Of a stretch of DNA of 64,000 nt, positions 27,682 to 36,565 are shown piece by piece; the first letter of the stretch is position 1, and each line of letters begins with the position of its first letter. The translations under genes were made by a program, and so were the position numbers. Under the pieces are notes generated by a model. It saw only the letters and a list, made by a program, of their open reading frames with translations, ran no database searches and was not told where the DNA came from. The stretch is from IMG/VR virus record IMGVR_UViG_3300044568_003163, positions 124,001-188,000 of that record; one strand, given 5' to 3'.

Positions 27682-28403
27682 AATAGGGATATTAATAAGT
27701 ATTCTTTTGGTAGGCCGTTAATTTTTTCACCACCAAATTTAATGATTGTTGAAGCCGGATATTCAATAGTTGAACCAGATTTTATCATATCTCTTAAATT
27801 ACTGTAAGGATCGTGTATAGTAGCAGTATTGATATTTGTATTGCAACCAGCGATTGGAGCATTACTAGAACCTGTCAAATTATTATCTAAATAATTTTCA
27901 AAATCAACTTTAACATTATCGTAAGACTTAACATTTGAATCGACATAATCTTTCGTAGAAAATAAATCAGCAAAATTTCTTTCGGTCATTTTATCAAATT
28001 CTAAATCTGCGTGATTAGTCCAATCAGTTTCATCGGTTACCGACATCGAGAAAAACTCAGCAGTTCGCAAAGAATTTCCTCTTTGATTATTACCTATATT
28101 GGCAACATCAACAATGATTTGTAGTTTTTCTGCTCGGCTATTCCAACTACCATTAATCTTCTTGTTGAATGCGTCGATTTGTCCATATAGACCTCTGCCA
28201 ATTTTCATAGGTCTTCCACTACTTCGATTTGAAGATTCCGGAAGAACTAACAATGTATCACAGCTAAGCAAATCATCGTGACTGTACTTAGTTGTACCTT
28301 TGTACTCTACTATTTCAATAGGTAGAGTTTTTAAATACGATCTAACTCGCTCCACCAAATGTGGCGAAGCGTTATTAGATTTCGCAAAGTATACTCTTTT
28401 CAT
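27678..28403 (-). CDS. hypothetical protein, possible NDT/TIR-like N-terminal domain
   Basis: RVYFAKS...CDTLLVLP...IGRG pattern; weak. Confidence 0.55.
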   Translation of the reverse strand: MKRVYFAKSNNASPHLVERVRSYLKTLPIEIVEYKGTTKYSHDDLLSCDTLLVLPESSNRSSGRPMKIGRGLYGQIDAFNKKINGSWNSRAEKLQIIVDVANIGNNQRGNSLRTAEFFSMSVTDETDWTNHADLEFDKMTERNFADLFSTKDYVDSNVKSYDNVKVDFENYLDNNLTGSSNAPIAGCNTNINTATIHDPYSNLRDMIKSGSTIEYPASTIIKFGGEKINGLPKEYLLISLL

Positions 28404-28409
28404 AACTGA

Positions 28410-28763
28410 TTACTCAGCTGAATCAGTAAACCATTCTTTAACGATAGCTTCTGCTTCGCTAAGTTCGATGCCTTTCAATTTGATTTGCATCTTTAAAGAG
28501 TGCAATTCAGCAACCCATTTAGTAGCATCGAAGTTTTTTGCACCTGGTCTCAAAGAGTCAGATGTTTCTGGAGCCATATCAACTAAGTTGTTGATTTTGA
28601 ATTCCAAATTCAATTTTTCCTTTTTCAATTTGTCAACTAATCCACTAGCTTCTAAAGATGCTAATTGTGACAGGTTTGACGCTCTTGTTTCTTTGATTGT
28701 TGAATCCGAAGCACTCAAGTTTTGAGTAAATTTGTTTCCTTTTAATTCTGGTGATTTTCCCAT
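28410..28763 (-). CDS. coiled-coil hypothetical protein
   Basis: ORF after a class II promoter. Confidence 0.75.
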   Translation of the reverse strand: MGKSPELKGNKFTQNLSASDSTIKETRASNLSQLASLEASGLVDKLKKEKLNLEFKINNLVDMAPETSDSLRPGAKNFDATKWVAELHSLKMQIKLKGIELSEAEAIVKEWFTDSAE

Positions 28764-28796
28764 GATTTTCTTTATTTAATTTGTTAGATTTGATTA

Positions 28797-28824
28797 TTAT
28801 ATGTGAATTTGTTTTATTAGTTTC
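28797..28824 (-). promoter_or_regulatory. class II promoter GAAACT-N15-CATATAA
   Basis: repeated motif. Confidence 0.7.
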
Positions 28825-28841
28825 TGCCTTTAACTTTATTG

Positions 28842-29399
28842 TTAATAATTAACTTCAACTCCTAAGAAGAAGCTTAAATCTGAAGGACTTGGCTTCATAT
28901 GGATTGATTGTTCCGGAAAGTGCCATACTTTGCCTTTTGAATCCGTAATGTCAAATTTGCCATTTACATAATCCACAATTTCATCAACGGTAAATTCTTT
29001 AATGGTTTGACGATATTGGTCAACTACTAAAATTCCTCGAAAAGTTTCGTGCATTTTTAAAATACCACCTTCGGAATTTAGTAAGTCAAGCGTTTCTAAT
29101 TTTTTACTTTGCATATTTTGTGTTTTTAATGGGTTGCTTAGAATTACTCTAAGTTTTTCGTTTAATTGACTATTCAGTTCTCCGGATATATCATGAGCAT
29201 CTCGATCACCACTCATCCATCTACTATCAAACATCTCATCATACAACCAAATTAATTTTCGGCAATTACATCCTTGCTGAACTGTTTTGCAGGCTTCAAT
29301 ATTTCTACTGATCCAAAGGCCGATGTCTCTTTTATTTAAAGCAACATGTGGCTTGACATTACTCTGGTTTTCCAATTTGTCTGTAGATTTTTTCAACAT
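28842..29399 (-). CDS. hypothetical protein
   Basis: ORF packing. Confidence 0.65.
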   Translation of the reverse strand: MLKKSTDKLENQSNVKPHVALNKRDIGLWISRNIEACKTVQQGCNCRKLIWLYDEMFDSRWMSGDRDAHDISGELNSQLNEKLRVILSNPLKTQNMQSKKLETLDLLNSEGGILKMHETFRGILVVDQYRQTIKEFTVDEIVDYVNGKFDITDSKGKVWHFPEQSIHMKPSPSDLSFFLGVEVNY

Positions 29400-30234
29400 A
29401 ATTTTTGTCTTGAGTTAGTATTGGCATTTCGTTATCAATAATCCATTTAGAACGATAATAGAATTCATAAGGTGTCTCTCCTGTAACCTGGTCCATATAC
29501 ATATGTTCACGACCTTCAGGAATTTGTACTCCAAATGATTTTTCGCCTTTCTTTTTATAGAAGGTATCTCTCGTTTTAATGATAGCAGCACCTCTTTTAA
29601 ATCGAGTAGGAAAGTCATTCCAATTAACACCTTTGTCCATCATCAGATCTTGCATTTTGTCACACTTAACTCCATGAAGTTGAGATGTTGAAAACATAGA
29701 TTGAGCTGCCATAGAAACTGAGTTTCTAGTTGCATCTTGTTGTCTCCAAATAAAGTAATTAACTACCTCATCGATATGAGGTATTACAAATACTCTCGCA
29801 TCGAATGTTGCAAGTGGAATTTGTTCAATGTCTTCAGTATCAAGAAGTACTTTTGAAGTAGCTCTCATAGTTCTTAGTTGATTGAATTTTGCAGTTGCAA
29901 GTGAAGCTGCAATTGAGCACATTTTCTGTAGATTGTAATCAAACCATGCAGATGTGTCTTTAGTATCATAATCAGTCAACCAGATTGAAATCTCATCGGA
30001 TTGAACATAACCCATCTTAGCACCTTGAATGTTTTCACATAGGTACTTAGTGGTTTCATTCATATCATCAAGAAGTCCTTGGTCATATGGCTTATTAAGT
30101 CCACGAGTGTATGTATGAAATGCTTTTCCATCAATACGAATCAGTATGTTGTTTCTACGAGTTAGATATGTTCTAGTCCTATCTTCATAGAAGGACTTCA
30201 TTCTATCTCCTAGTGAGTCTTTTGATTTTTTCAT
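29359..30234 (-). CDS. thg1: tRNA(His) guanylyltransferase Thg1-like protein
   Basis: RIDGKAFHT, YVQSDEIS, FDARV, WRQQDATRNS, NWND...KRG. Confidence 0.92.
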   Translation of the reverse strand: MKKSKDSLGDRMKSFYEDRTRTYLTRRNNILIRIDGKAFHTYTRGLNKPYDQGLLDDMNETTKYLCENIQGAKMGYVQSDEISIWLTDYDTKDTSAWFDYNLQKMCSIAASLATAKFNQLRTMRATSKVLLDTEDIEQIPLATFDARVFVIPHIDEVVNYFIWRQQDATRNSVSMAAQSMFSTSQLHGVKCDKMQDLMMDKGVNWNDFPTRFKRGAAIIKTRDTFYKKKGEKSFGVQIPEGREHMYMDQVTGETPYEFYYRSKWIIDNEMPILTQDKNYVEKIYRQIGKPE

Positions 30235-30252
30235 AATAGTTATATGATTAAT

Positions 30253-30507
30253 TTAGAAAGGTAATTCATTAATAGGAAACACATGACATGCATTTACTGA
30301 TACTTTTCTTGATTCAGGAGTAAAAGGTTTATCAATTACACCCCAAAGTCCTTTACGAGTTTCTACATTGTTTAATCTTACCTTATGAGTTTCCTCATTT
30401 ACTGCTTCGGCTATTCCTTTAGCAATCCACACATGTCCGCTTGATTGCTGTGAATATCCATAAAGTCTACCGATTTCAATGTCGTTTCCTAATGCGTCTT
30501 TTGCCAT
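30253..30507 (-). CDS. hypothetical protein ending NELPF
   Basis: KDALGNDIEIG; ORF packing. Confidence 0.7.
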   Translation of the reverse strand: MAKDALGNDIEIGRLYGYSQQSSGHVWIAKGIAEAVNEETHKVRLNNVETRKGLWGVIDKPFTPESRKVSVNACHVFPINELPF

Positions 30508-30845
30508 TCTGATAATTTTGTGTGGAGTTGTTCTATCTCCAAGTTAGTTAAATTTGATTTTTTACCGTTGATGTCTACCGTGCAGGCAACAACGTTATTG
30601 TCTAAATAGCCAATAGCTGAATCTACCCTATCAATACTTCGACTTAAGAGTCCGTCTGGTTCAAATTTCACACCCGTATAGAAACATCTCTTAGTGGTAA
30701 GTAGTTTCTTAACTGCTCTAAATGATAGGTTAAATTCGATTCCTCGTGAACCTGCAGATTGATGCAATTTGATGAGCTTATTTGCTATGTCTAGATCCGT
30801 AAGTATTTCCTTAGGTTCAGATTTTATTTTATCAGCTTTTGCCAT
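30489..30845 (-). CDS. HNH-like endonuclease
   Basis: CFYTG...SIDRVDSAIGYLDNNVVAC...N; start reassigned to MAKADK. Confidence 0.75.
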   Translation of the reverse strand: MAKADKIKSEPKEILTDLDIANKLIKLHQSAGSRGIEFNLSFRAVKKLLTTKRCFYTGVKFEPDGLLSRSIDRVDSAIGYLDNNVVACTVDINGKKSNLTNLEIEQLHTKLSEWQKTH

Positions 30846-30846
30846 A

Positions 30847-31089
30847 TTATTTAATGTTTTCCTCGTAAGTTGTTTTACCAGATTTTTGAGAAGATATCGT
30901 TTCACCTTTTGATGTAAAATAATGCCAACGATTTCCATCAATAAATCGATAAACCTTTACACCGTCTTTAGTAAACAGATATTCAACATGAAAGCCATTG
31001 CCTTCTATAGATGTTGATTGTGCTGGTTTGTAGTCCATGCAAGATGTTGCTAATACTGCAACCGCAAATAATAAGATTAGATTTTTCAT
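30847..31089 (-). CDS. putative lipoprotein
   Basis: lipobox ATSC; LFTKDGVKVYRF. Confidence 0.7.
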   Translation of the reverse strand: MKNLILLFAVAVLATSCMDYKPAQSTSIEGNGFHVEYLFTKDGVKVYRFIDGNRWHYFTSKGETISSQKSGKTTYEENIK

Positions 31090-31640
31090 TAGTTTAATTT
31101 TTTAAAAAAGTTAATATCTTCAAATTCTTCGGTTAATTGTAGCATTTTATAGATTTCATCGAGTTCGTCTTTAGTTAAATCGTTAATAGATTTACTATCA
31201 GATTTGTCCTTAGAAAAGATTTCATGTTTGTGAATGAATGCCGAAGTTACTCGTTGCATTTCTTTCGCTTGTTCCTTACGTTTTTTCATGATTGCTCTAC
31301 GTAATTCTAAACGGTAGATTTCCCATCGTTCGCTAAAATTGTACCATTCAGATTCATTCATTTCAGTAGCATACATTCCTTTACCTCTACATTTATTTGC
31401 AGTAAAATCAGAACCTACAATCGAAGCAACTAAATTGACCATCATTTGTTTATTGTCAAGTGTTACTTTATAAATGATACGTCTGGTTCTAGCTTCTGGT
31501 GCTACATCGCTGATTCGTAAGTCGTACTTTTCTAAGAATGCAGTTAGCATTTTAGTAGCAGTTTCTTGTTCACCACCTACTCCTTGAACTGCAAGTGCAT
31601 GAAGTTTTTGTCCTAATTTGATAATTTTTTCTGTTGCCAT
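31089..31640 (-). CDS. DUF2786-like protein
   Basis: KLHALA..GVGGEQETA...LEKY. Confidence 0.65.
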   Translation of the reverse strand: MATEKIIKLGQKLHALAVQGVGGEQETATKMLTAFLEKYDLRISDVAPEARTRRIIYKVTLDNKQMMVNLVASIVGSDFTANKCRGKGMYATEMNESEWYNFSERWEIYRLELRRAIMKKRKEQAKEMQRVTSAFIHKHEIFSKDKSDSKSINDLTKDELDEIYKMLQLTEEFEDINFFKKLN

Positions 31641-31642
31641 GA

Positions 31643-31765
31643 TTACGAATTTATAGCTTTACAAACCCATGATTGAGAAACATTAAGTCGAGATGCAATA
31701 ACTGAGGTTGTAAGATTTTCGTTGAAGAACAAATCTTTGGCCATTTGTGTTTTTGTGATTTTCAT
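31643..31765 (-). CDS. 40-aa helix-turn-helix protein (not in ORF track)
   Basis: TTSVIASRLNVSQSWVCKAI; first ORF after a class I promoter. Confidence 0.65.
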   Translation of the reverse strand: MKITKTQMAKDLFFNENLTTSVIASRLNVSQSWVCKAINS

Positions 31766-31770
31766 ATTTG

Positions 31771-31847
31771 TATTAGTTTAATTTGATATACAAATATAAG
31801 CAAAAAACTCGACATTAAAAAATGTCGAGTCATAAAGTTATTAACAA
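31771..31847 (-). promoter_or_regulatory. class I promoter/terminator repeat, copy 3
   Basis: near-identical to 3646 and 13561. Confidence 0.8.
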
Positions 31848-31848
31848 T

Positions 31849-32829
31849 TTATCTTCGACTGTAGACTTTTTGCATTTCTTCGTAAGTCTCAAATATATTA
31901 TCAGTAGGTTCTTGCTTATTTGAATAAATTTCAATAGCTAGATTTTCTTTGATATATTGAACTGCATTCTTACGAATATCTACTTTACCCTTTTGAATGT
32001 GTGCATATCTATTATAACCTGCGATTTCAAAATTAGTTAAACTTTCTTTGACTTCTCTTCTGTGGTCATTTTTTAACTTACAATTTGAGTATCTCGAAGT
32101 GTACATCAAATTACGAAGTAACTCTATGTTTGTATCTGTATTTGTAAATTGAGGATTCACTCTTTCGCCTTGGTCTTTATCTGAAGCCAAGTAATTTTCT
32201 TTAACTACTTTGTTTGATAGAGGATAGTCATCAAGTCTGAATTTACCGTTTGGCATTTCATAAGCAAAGAATGCTCTTTCAGGAGTTTCATCGATATATT
32301 TTAAATGCGTTGTGGTTCGAGAATATCCATAACCGTATTGAATCTTCGTACTTAAGGTAGCAATATTGAATGTTCCGAGGTAAACCATTACGTTACCTTG
32401 CTTACAAATTGCACTAATTACTCTATCGCCTGGAGTTAATTGCTTAACTGAATAAGTTTTAGCTTCTTCTTTCTCTTTTTTGTCATGAAGCATTTCCATG
32501 TAATCTAAAGTATCAGCTCTCACTAAGACCATTGAACCACCTTGCATAATTTCTTCAACAAAAGTAATAGGATTCTTAATTACTCCATACTCTAATTGTA
32601 TTTTGTCAAGCGGCAATTGGTAAAAATCTACCCAAATGTTTTTTGGTAAGTCCGGATGAGCCAATTGAAATCCTTGGTCATTCCATGAAACGATTTTGAC
32701 ATCGGTCATTGGTTCGTTCTTGAAAGGCACTGTATTTTTGTCCTTTGTTTTACGTACTCTTAAACCGATATGTACGTCTTTTAAAATTCGATAGCTACAA
32801 TTCATATTTTTAGTTTTCTTGAATTCCAA
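31849..32829 (-). CDS. hypothetical protein
   Basis: long ORF. Confidence 0.8.
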   Translation of the reverse strand: MEFKKTKNMNCSYRILKDVHIGLRVRKTKDKNTVPFKNEPMTDVKIVSWNDQGFQLAHPDLPKNIWVDFYQLPLDKIQLEYGVIKNPITFVEEIMQGGSMVLVRADTLDYMEMLHDKKEKEEAKTYSVKQLTPGDRVISAICKQGNVMVYLGTFNIATLSTKIQYGYGYSRTTTHLKYIDETPERAFFAYEMPNGKFRLDDYPLSNKVVKENYLASDKDQGERVNPQFTNTDTNIELLRNLMYTSRYSNCKLKNDHRREVKESLTNFEIAGYNRYAHIQKGKVDIRKNAVQYIKENLAIEIYSNKQEPTDNIFETYEEMQKVYSRR

Positions 32830-33061
32830 ATGTTAAACCTCTATTATACCATCCGCTTCCAGATAGGCAATACTTGACATCATCTTTGTAATAAGTCATC
32901 CAAAAATCCCAATCCCATCCATTTGAATCAAAATCACCTTCCTCAAATCCATTCTCTTTAAGTATTTTAGAAGCTTCTTCCGGTGACATTAACGTCGATG
33001 TTTTAAATTCAGTTATCTCTCCAGTTAAAACTTTAAGCAATTGTTCTTTAAACTCTTCCAT
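32810..33061 (-). CDS. hypothetical protein
   Basis: NGWDWDFW; start reassigned to MEEFK. Confidence 0.7.
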   Translation of the reverse strand: MEEFKEQLLKVLTGEITEFKTSTLMSPEEASKILKENGFEEGDFDSNGWDWDFWMTYYKDDVKYCLSGSGWYNRGLTFGIQEN

Positions 33062-33062
33062 A

Positions 33063-33260
33063 TTATTTGTCTTGAATGTCCATATAACCAACGATACAAC
33101 CTACTCCAGTAAATGTTGCAGCAGTATAGATAACTTCCGCTTTGCCGATAGGTTCCCAATTACAATTTATCATCTTGATGATGCATTTTACTTCTCCTAC
33201 TAATAAGGCTATCGATATAGCCAATACAATAATTCCTCCAATTAATCCAGTTTTTCTCAT
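33063..33260 (-). CDS. small membrane protein
   Basis: two hydrophobic segments. Confidence 0.65.
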   Translation of the reverse strand: MRKTGLIGGIIVLAISIALLVGEVKCIIKMINCNWEPIGKAEVIYTAATFTGVGCIVGYMDIQDK

Positions 33261-33271
33261 AATATTTGATT

Positions 33272-33520
33272 TTAATATTTTACTAATGATACAAGTACAA
33301 TGTGACCTGCAGTTGCTTGACTACTGATGATATAACCTTTCTTTAGGTAACCATTTACTTTTGATTGGTCACTACCAAATCCATCAACTCCAATTTGCAA
33401 GTAAACTTGCGATTTAGGCTGAGCTGGTTTGATAGTAATTAAATTTTGTACTGCTGGTGTTGCAGCAACTGAGACGATAAGAACGATTCCTAAAAGAAAT
33501 CCGATGAGTGCGTTTTTCAT
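33272..33520 (-). CDS. secreted/membrane hypothetical protein
   Basis: N-terminal hydrophobic segment. Confidence 0.65.
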   Translation of the reverse strand: MKNALIGFLLGIVLIVSVAATPAVQNLITIKPAQPKSQVYLQIGVDGFGSDQSKVNGYLKKGYIISSQATAGHIVLVSLVKY

Positions 33521-33530
33521 AATGATTAAT

Positions 33531-33596
33531 TTTGATATGTAAAAGTAATCAATCTAGACGACAATGTGAAATGAATTTGTATAAAGTTATTAACAA
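33531..33596 (-). promoter_or_regulatory. class I promoter variant (TACTTTTA)
   Basis: box at conserved spacing. Confidence 0.65.
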
Positions 33597-34120
33597 AATT
33601 CAATTATCTCATAATCATCTAGACTGAGTCTAGGTTCAGCAATTTCTGGTTCATGAAACTTTAAACATTCGTGAATGTACTTTGAATGGTCAATCCATTT
33701 TTCGTTTGCATAACCTAATGTAAGGTGAAAGCTGAAATATGGAATTCTACTAGTTCCGCAAATTTCACGTATAGATTCAGCATCCGGTGACCATACTCGT
33801 AACCACCAGTGTTCACCGTTGGTTCTTGGTGAAGGGTCTATATAAAATACTATTTCTTTTTTATCAAACAACTTAGCGCCTTCGTCAAAATTAGGAGTTT
33901 CCCTTTCCGAATCATTAATGAAAGTAACGTGAGAACCTCTGATAGGTTTGTTTAATTCTAAGTTGAATCGCTTTTTAATAAACCATGCATAATAGTTGTG
34001 CAGCTCGTCATTAGTCAAAATGACAGCTACTCGTTTCCAAGAAGCTTGTGCGTTGTGCTTCTTTGTTTTATTAGGAGGCTGGAATTCCATCACTCCTTTG
34101 ACCTTTATTAACTTACTCAT
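33590..34120 (-). CDS. 2H phosphoesterase-like protein
   Basis: two HxT motifs: SHVTF and FHLTL. Confidence 0.65.
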   Translation of the reverse strand: MSKLIKVKGVMEFQPPNKTKKHNAQASWKRVAVILTNDELHNYYAWFIKKRFNLELNKPIRGSHVTFINDSERETPNFDEGAKLFDKKEIVFYIDPSPRTNGEHWWLRVWSPDAESIREICGTSRIPYFSFHLTLGYANEKWIDHSKYIHECLKFHEPEIAEPRLSLDDYEIIEFC

Positions 34121-34443
34121 TATTTGGTTAGTTTTGAGTTAGCAACGTTAAGAGTTTTGATTTCTCGTTTAAGCTGAGTTAAGTTTTTGATTACCGCTTT
34201 ACGATTCCAATTATTGACTGCCATTTCCTTTTTGTATTTTTGCATCTTAGTAGAATTTCTAATAGACAATACAATAGAATATTTAGTAGAGTACAATTTT
34301 AGCTTTTCGGCCTTTAAGATTCTTTCGTATTCTGCATCGAACTTGCGAATTATACGAGGACGTTCTAATTCGAGGTTGTTCAAATTCATAAGGTTAATGT
34401 AACGTTCGTTTAGCTTGTCTTTGAGGATTTCTAATAGAGTCAT
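34120..34443 (-). CDS. basic hypothetical protein
   Basis: first ORF after a class I promoter. Confidence 0.65.
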   Translation of the reverse strand: MTLLEILKDKLNERYINLMNLNNLELERPRIIRKFDAEYERILKAEKLKLYSTKYSIVLSIRNSTKMQKYKKEMAVNNWNRKAVIKNLTQLKREIKTLNVANSKLTK

Positions 34444-34451
34444 GATAATCG

Positions 34452-34533
34452 TTTTTAATTATAAAGTAAAACTAATCAATTTAGACGATATATGAAAATA
34501 AAAATGAAGCTATTTTTTGAAAGTTATTAACAA
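34452..34533 (-). promoter_or_regulatory. class I promoter variant, box shifted +10 bp
   Basis: TAGTTTTA plus TTGTTAATAACTTT. Confidence 0.7.
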
Positions 34534-34950
34534 TTAGGCCTTTACTAATTTGTTTGATTCCCATTTGAATTCACCAAAGATGATACCGTCGACGATTGTA
34601 TTTTCTTTAACGATATCTAAGAAGTGGCTTAAGTAAATTTCTACCGTCCAACCTTCAGGAGTTATTACAGATGCCCAGTTTTGACTTTGACCAAATCTCC
34701 AGGATTCTAATTGCCAACCGCCTCGGAATTCTTCAGTATGAATTTGTATTACTGGCATTGGCAAATACTCTTTCTTTTCGTAATCATATGCATTACCCCA
34801 ATCAATAAAAGATTTTGGCAATTCTCCTTTCTGTGTTAGCTTTGCGAGAAAGCCGGTTTCAGGTTCGTTAGGATATCGTTGACTTGCAGGTCTTACTTTT
34901 AAAAGATATTCGTTTTCTTGTAGCTTATAGCCTAGTTCGTATAGTCTCAT
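34534..34950 (-). CDS. hypothetical protein
   Basis: ORF packing. Confidence 0.75.
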   Translation of the reverse strand: MRLYELGYKLQENEYLLKVRPASQRYPNEPETGFLAKLTQKGELPKSFIDWGNAYDYEKKEYLPMPVIQIHTEEFRGGWQLESWRFGQSQNWASVITPEGWTVEIYLSHFLDIVKENTIVDGIIFGEFKWESNKLVKA

Positions 34951-35237
34951 ATATTAAATCTTTTCATTACTTTCATTCGGTCAATTTCAAAGGCCATTTG
35001 TTCTAATGATTTCGTATCAAAAATAACTTGATTAGTTTTAGAATCCATCATAACTCTATCATATTCACCAGTAGCCTTATTACGAGTAACAAAGCAATGA
35101 ATATTTTTTAAAGCATCTTTATTAAGACCATTGTCGGTTTGAGCATAATTAGTGCTAGATTTATCGTGAAACCATTCATGAGTATCAGACTCAAAATATA
35201 GGCCATCGTGTTCTAAAAATTGATTTCTTTCTTCCAT
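34947..35237 (-). CDS. hypothetical protein
   Basis: ORF packing. Confidence 0.7.
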   Translation of the reverse strand: MEERNQFLEHDGLYFESDTHEWFHDKSSTNYAQTDNGLNKDALKNIHCFVTRNKATGEYDRVMMDSKTNQVIFDTKSLEQMAFEIDRMKVMKRFNI

Positions 35238-35405
35238 TTATTGATTAGTGTTTTCGAAAATAATGATTTGGTTGTTCACAAAAGCATATTGTCGATGCTG
35301 TGCCTCGATTTTTTTGTCTAGGTATTTTTCAGTTTTGCTTTTCTGAGTTAATCTCGTTGATGAACATCCAGTTACCAACATTGCAATAAGTAAATATTTC
35401 CACAT
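35238..35405 (-). CDS. 55-aa putative lipoprotein (not in ORF track)
   Basis: MWKYLLIAMLVTGC lipobox. Confidence 0.6.
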   Translation of the reverse strand: MWKYLLIAMLVTGCSSTRLTQKSKTEKYLDKKIEAQHRQYAFVNNQIIIFENTNQ

Positions 35406-35407
35406 AA

Positions 35408-35602
35408 TTAAATTGTTATTCCATTAACACTAATTGATCGTATCGATTGGTCACCTCGTAATTTTGCAAGATAAGCACCAACATTTTTGATATTGTCGTA
35501 AGTTACCGAATAACCGGAATAGTAAACTTTAACGACTGAACCGCCTAATGTTTTAGAAAGAGGATTGGTTCTCATGAAAGGTTTTGGATTGTAATTTGAC
35601 AT
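35408..35602 (-). CDS. hypothetical protein
   Basis: ORF packing. Confidence 0.65.
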   Translation of the reverse strand: MSNYNPKPFMRTNPLSKTLGGSVVKVYYSGYSVTYDNIKNVGAYLAKLRGDQSIRSISVNGITI

Positions 35603-35605
35603 AAT

Positions 35606-35926
35606 TTATTTTTTATGGGATTTGAAAGTAAATGAAGCTGGCCATGTTCTATCATCATCAGATTCGAAATTTGTAACGTCGACCAATTCAAAACGATATT
35701 CTGTAGTTTGCAGATTAGCCTTTTCGATTACATCGGCTAATTGCATTGTACTTTCCTGTTCCCAATAACGTAAGTTGTATGTTCTCATATAATTACATTC
35801 ACAAGAATCTTCGGTATTTGGATTACAAGAAGTCATTGAATTACCAATGTTTTGCTTTTCGGTTTCAGTAAATTCACATAAGATAGCCAAATCTGGATGT
35901 GAACTCGGAATTGTATAATTTTTCAT
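35606..35926 (-). CDS. hypothetical protein
   Basis: ATG at 35926, downstream of a promoter. Confidence 0.7.
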   Translation of the reverse strand: MKNYTIPSSHPDLAILCEFTETEKQNIGNSMTSCNPNTEDSCECNYMRTYNLRYWEQESTMQLADVIEKANLQTTEYRFELVDVTNFESDDDRTWPASFTFKSHKK

Positions 35927-35930
35927 TTGA

Positions 35931-36001
35931 TTAATTTTATAAGACAAATATAATCAATACGTGTGATACCTGAAAATAAATTTACATAAAGTTGTTAACA
36001 A
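35931..36001 (-). promoter_or_regulatory. class I promoter
   Basis: TATATTTG plus TTGTTAACAACTTT. Confidence 0.75.
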
Positions 36002-36012
36002 TTTAATACAAC

Positions 36013-36040
36013 AAAAGGCTTACCGTAAAGCAAGCCTTTG
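36013..36040 (-). terminator. intrinsic terminator
   Basis: AAAGGCTT/AAGCCTTT stem plus T run. Confidence 0.7.
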
Positions 36041-36056
36041 AATGAGTTTTGTTCGT

Positions 36057-36419
36057 TTATGTGAAAATTACTGCATATAAACCTACAGCTATACTTGCAC
36101 CGATGATTCCTCCATAGGTACCAAAATTAATATCTTCTTCACTCCATGGTGCTTTATATTTAGCTCCATAATACCACTCACGAACCCAGTTTACTGCTTT
36201 AGCACCGAATCCACCAACAAATACTTGAAATAATATTGGAGTGTCTGCTAAATGCATAAAATTTAACATTAGCAATATACAAGGAATAGTTAGAACTAGT
36301 GAATATAAGAAATGCTTGTGATAATTTTGTTTAATGAAATCTTTCGTTAAAAAGAATTTCATGTCAGTAAAGAATTTAATGATTCCATCTCTTAACATTG
36401 GCCAAATTGTTATTTCCAT
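36057..36419 (-). CDS. membrane protein
   Basis: HKHF...E...D pattern with three TM segments. Confidence 0.7.
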   Translation of the reverse strand: MEITIWPMLRDGIIKFFTDMKFFLTKDFIKQNYHKHFLYSLVLTIPCILLMLNFMHLADTPILFQVFVGGFGAKAVNWVREWYYGAKYKAPWSEEDINFGTYGGIIGASIAVGLYAVIFT

Positions 36420-36514
36420 AATATTTAATTTTTTTAAAGCACCTAAATTAATTAGATTTGCTTTAATTATCTATCTAAATATGGATATAATTCAAATAAC
36501 AAATTCACATTTAT

Positions 36515-36543
36515 AAAAAAGAGGACTCTTTCGAATCCTCTTT
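36515..36543 (-). terminator. intrinsic terminator of the Ro-like gene
   Basis: GAGGATTC-GAAA-GAGTCCTC-TTTTTT. Confidence 0.85.
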
Positions 36544-36565
36544 AAATAGCAATCATTATATTTGA

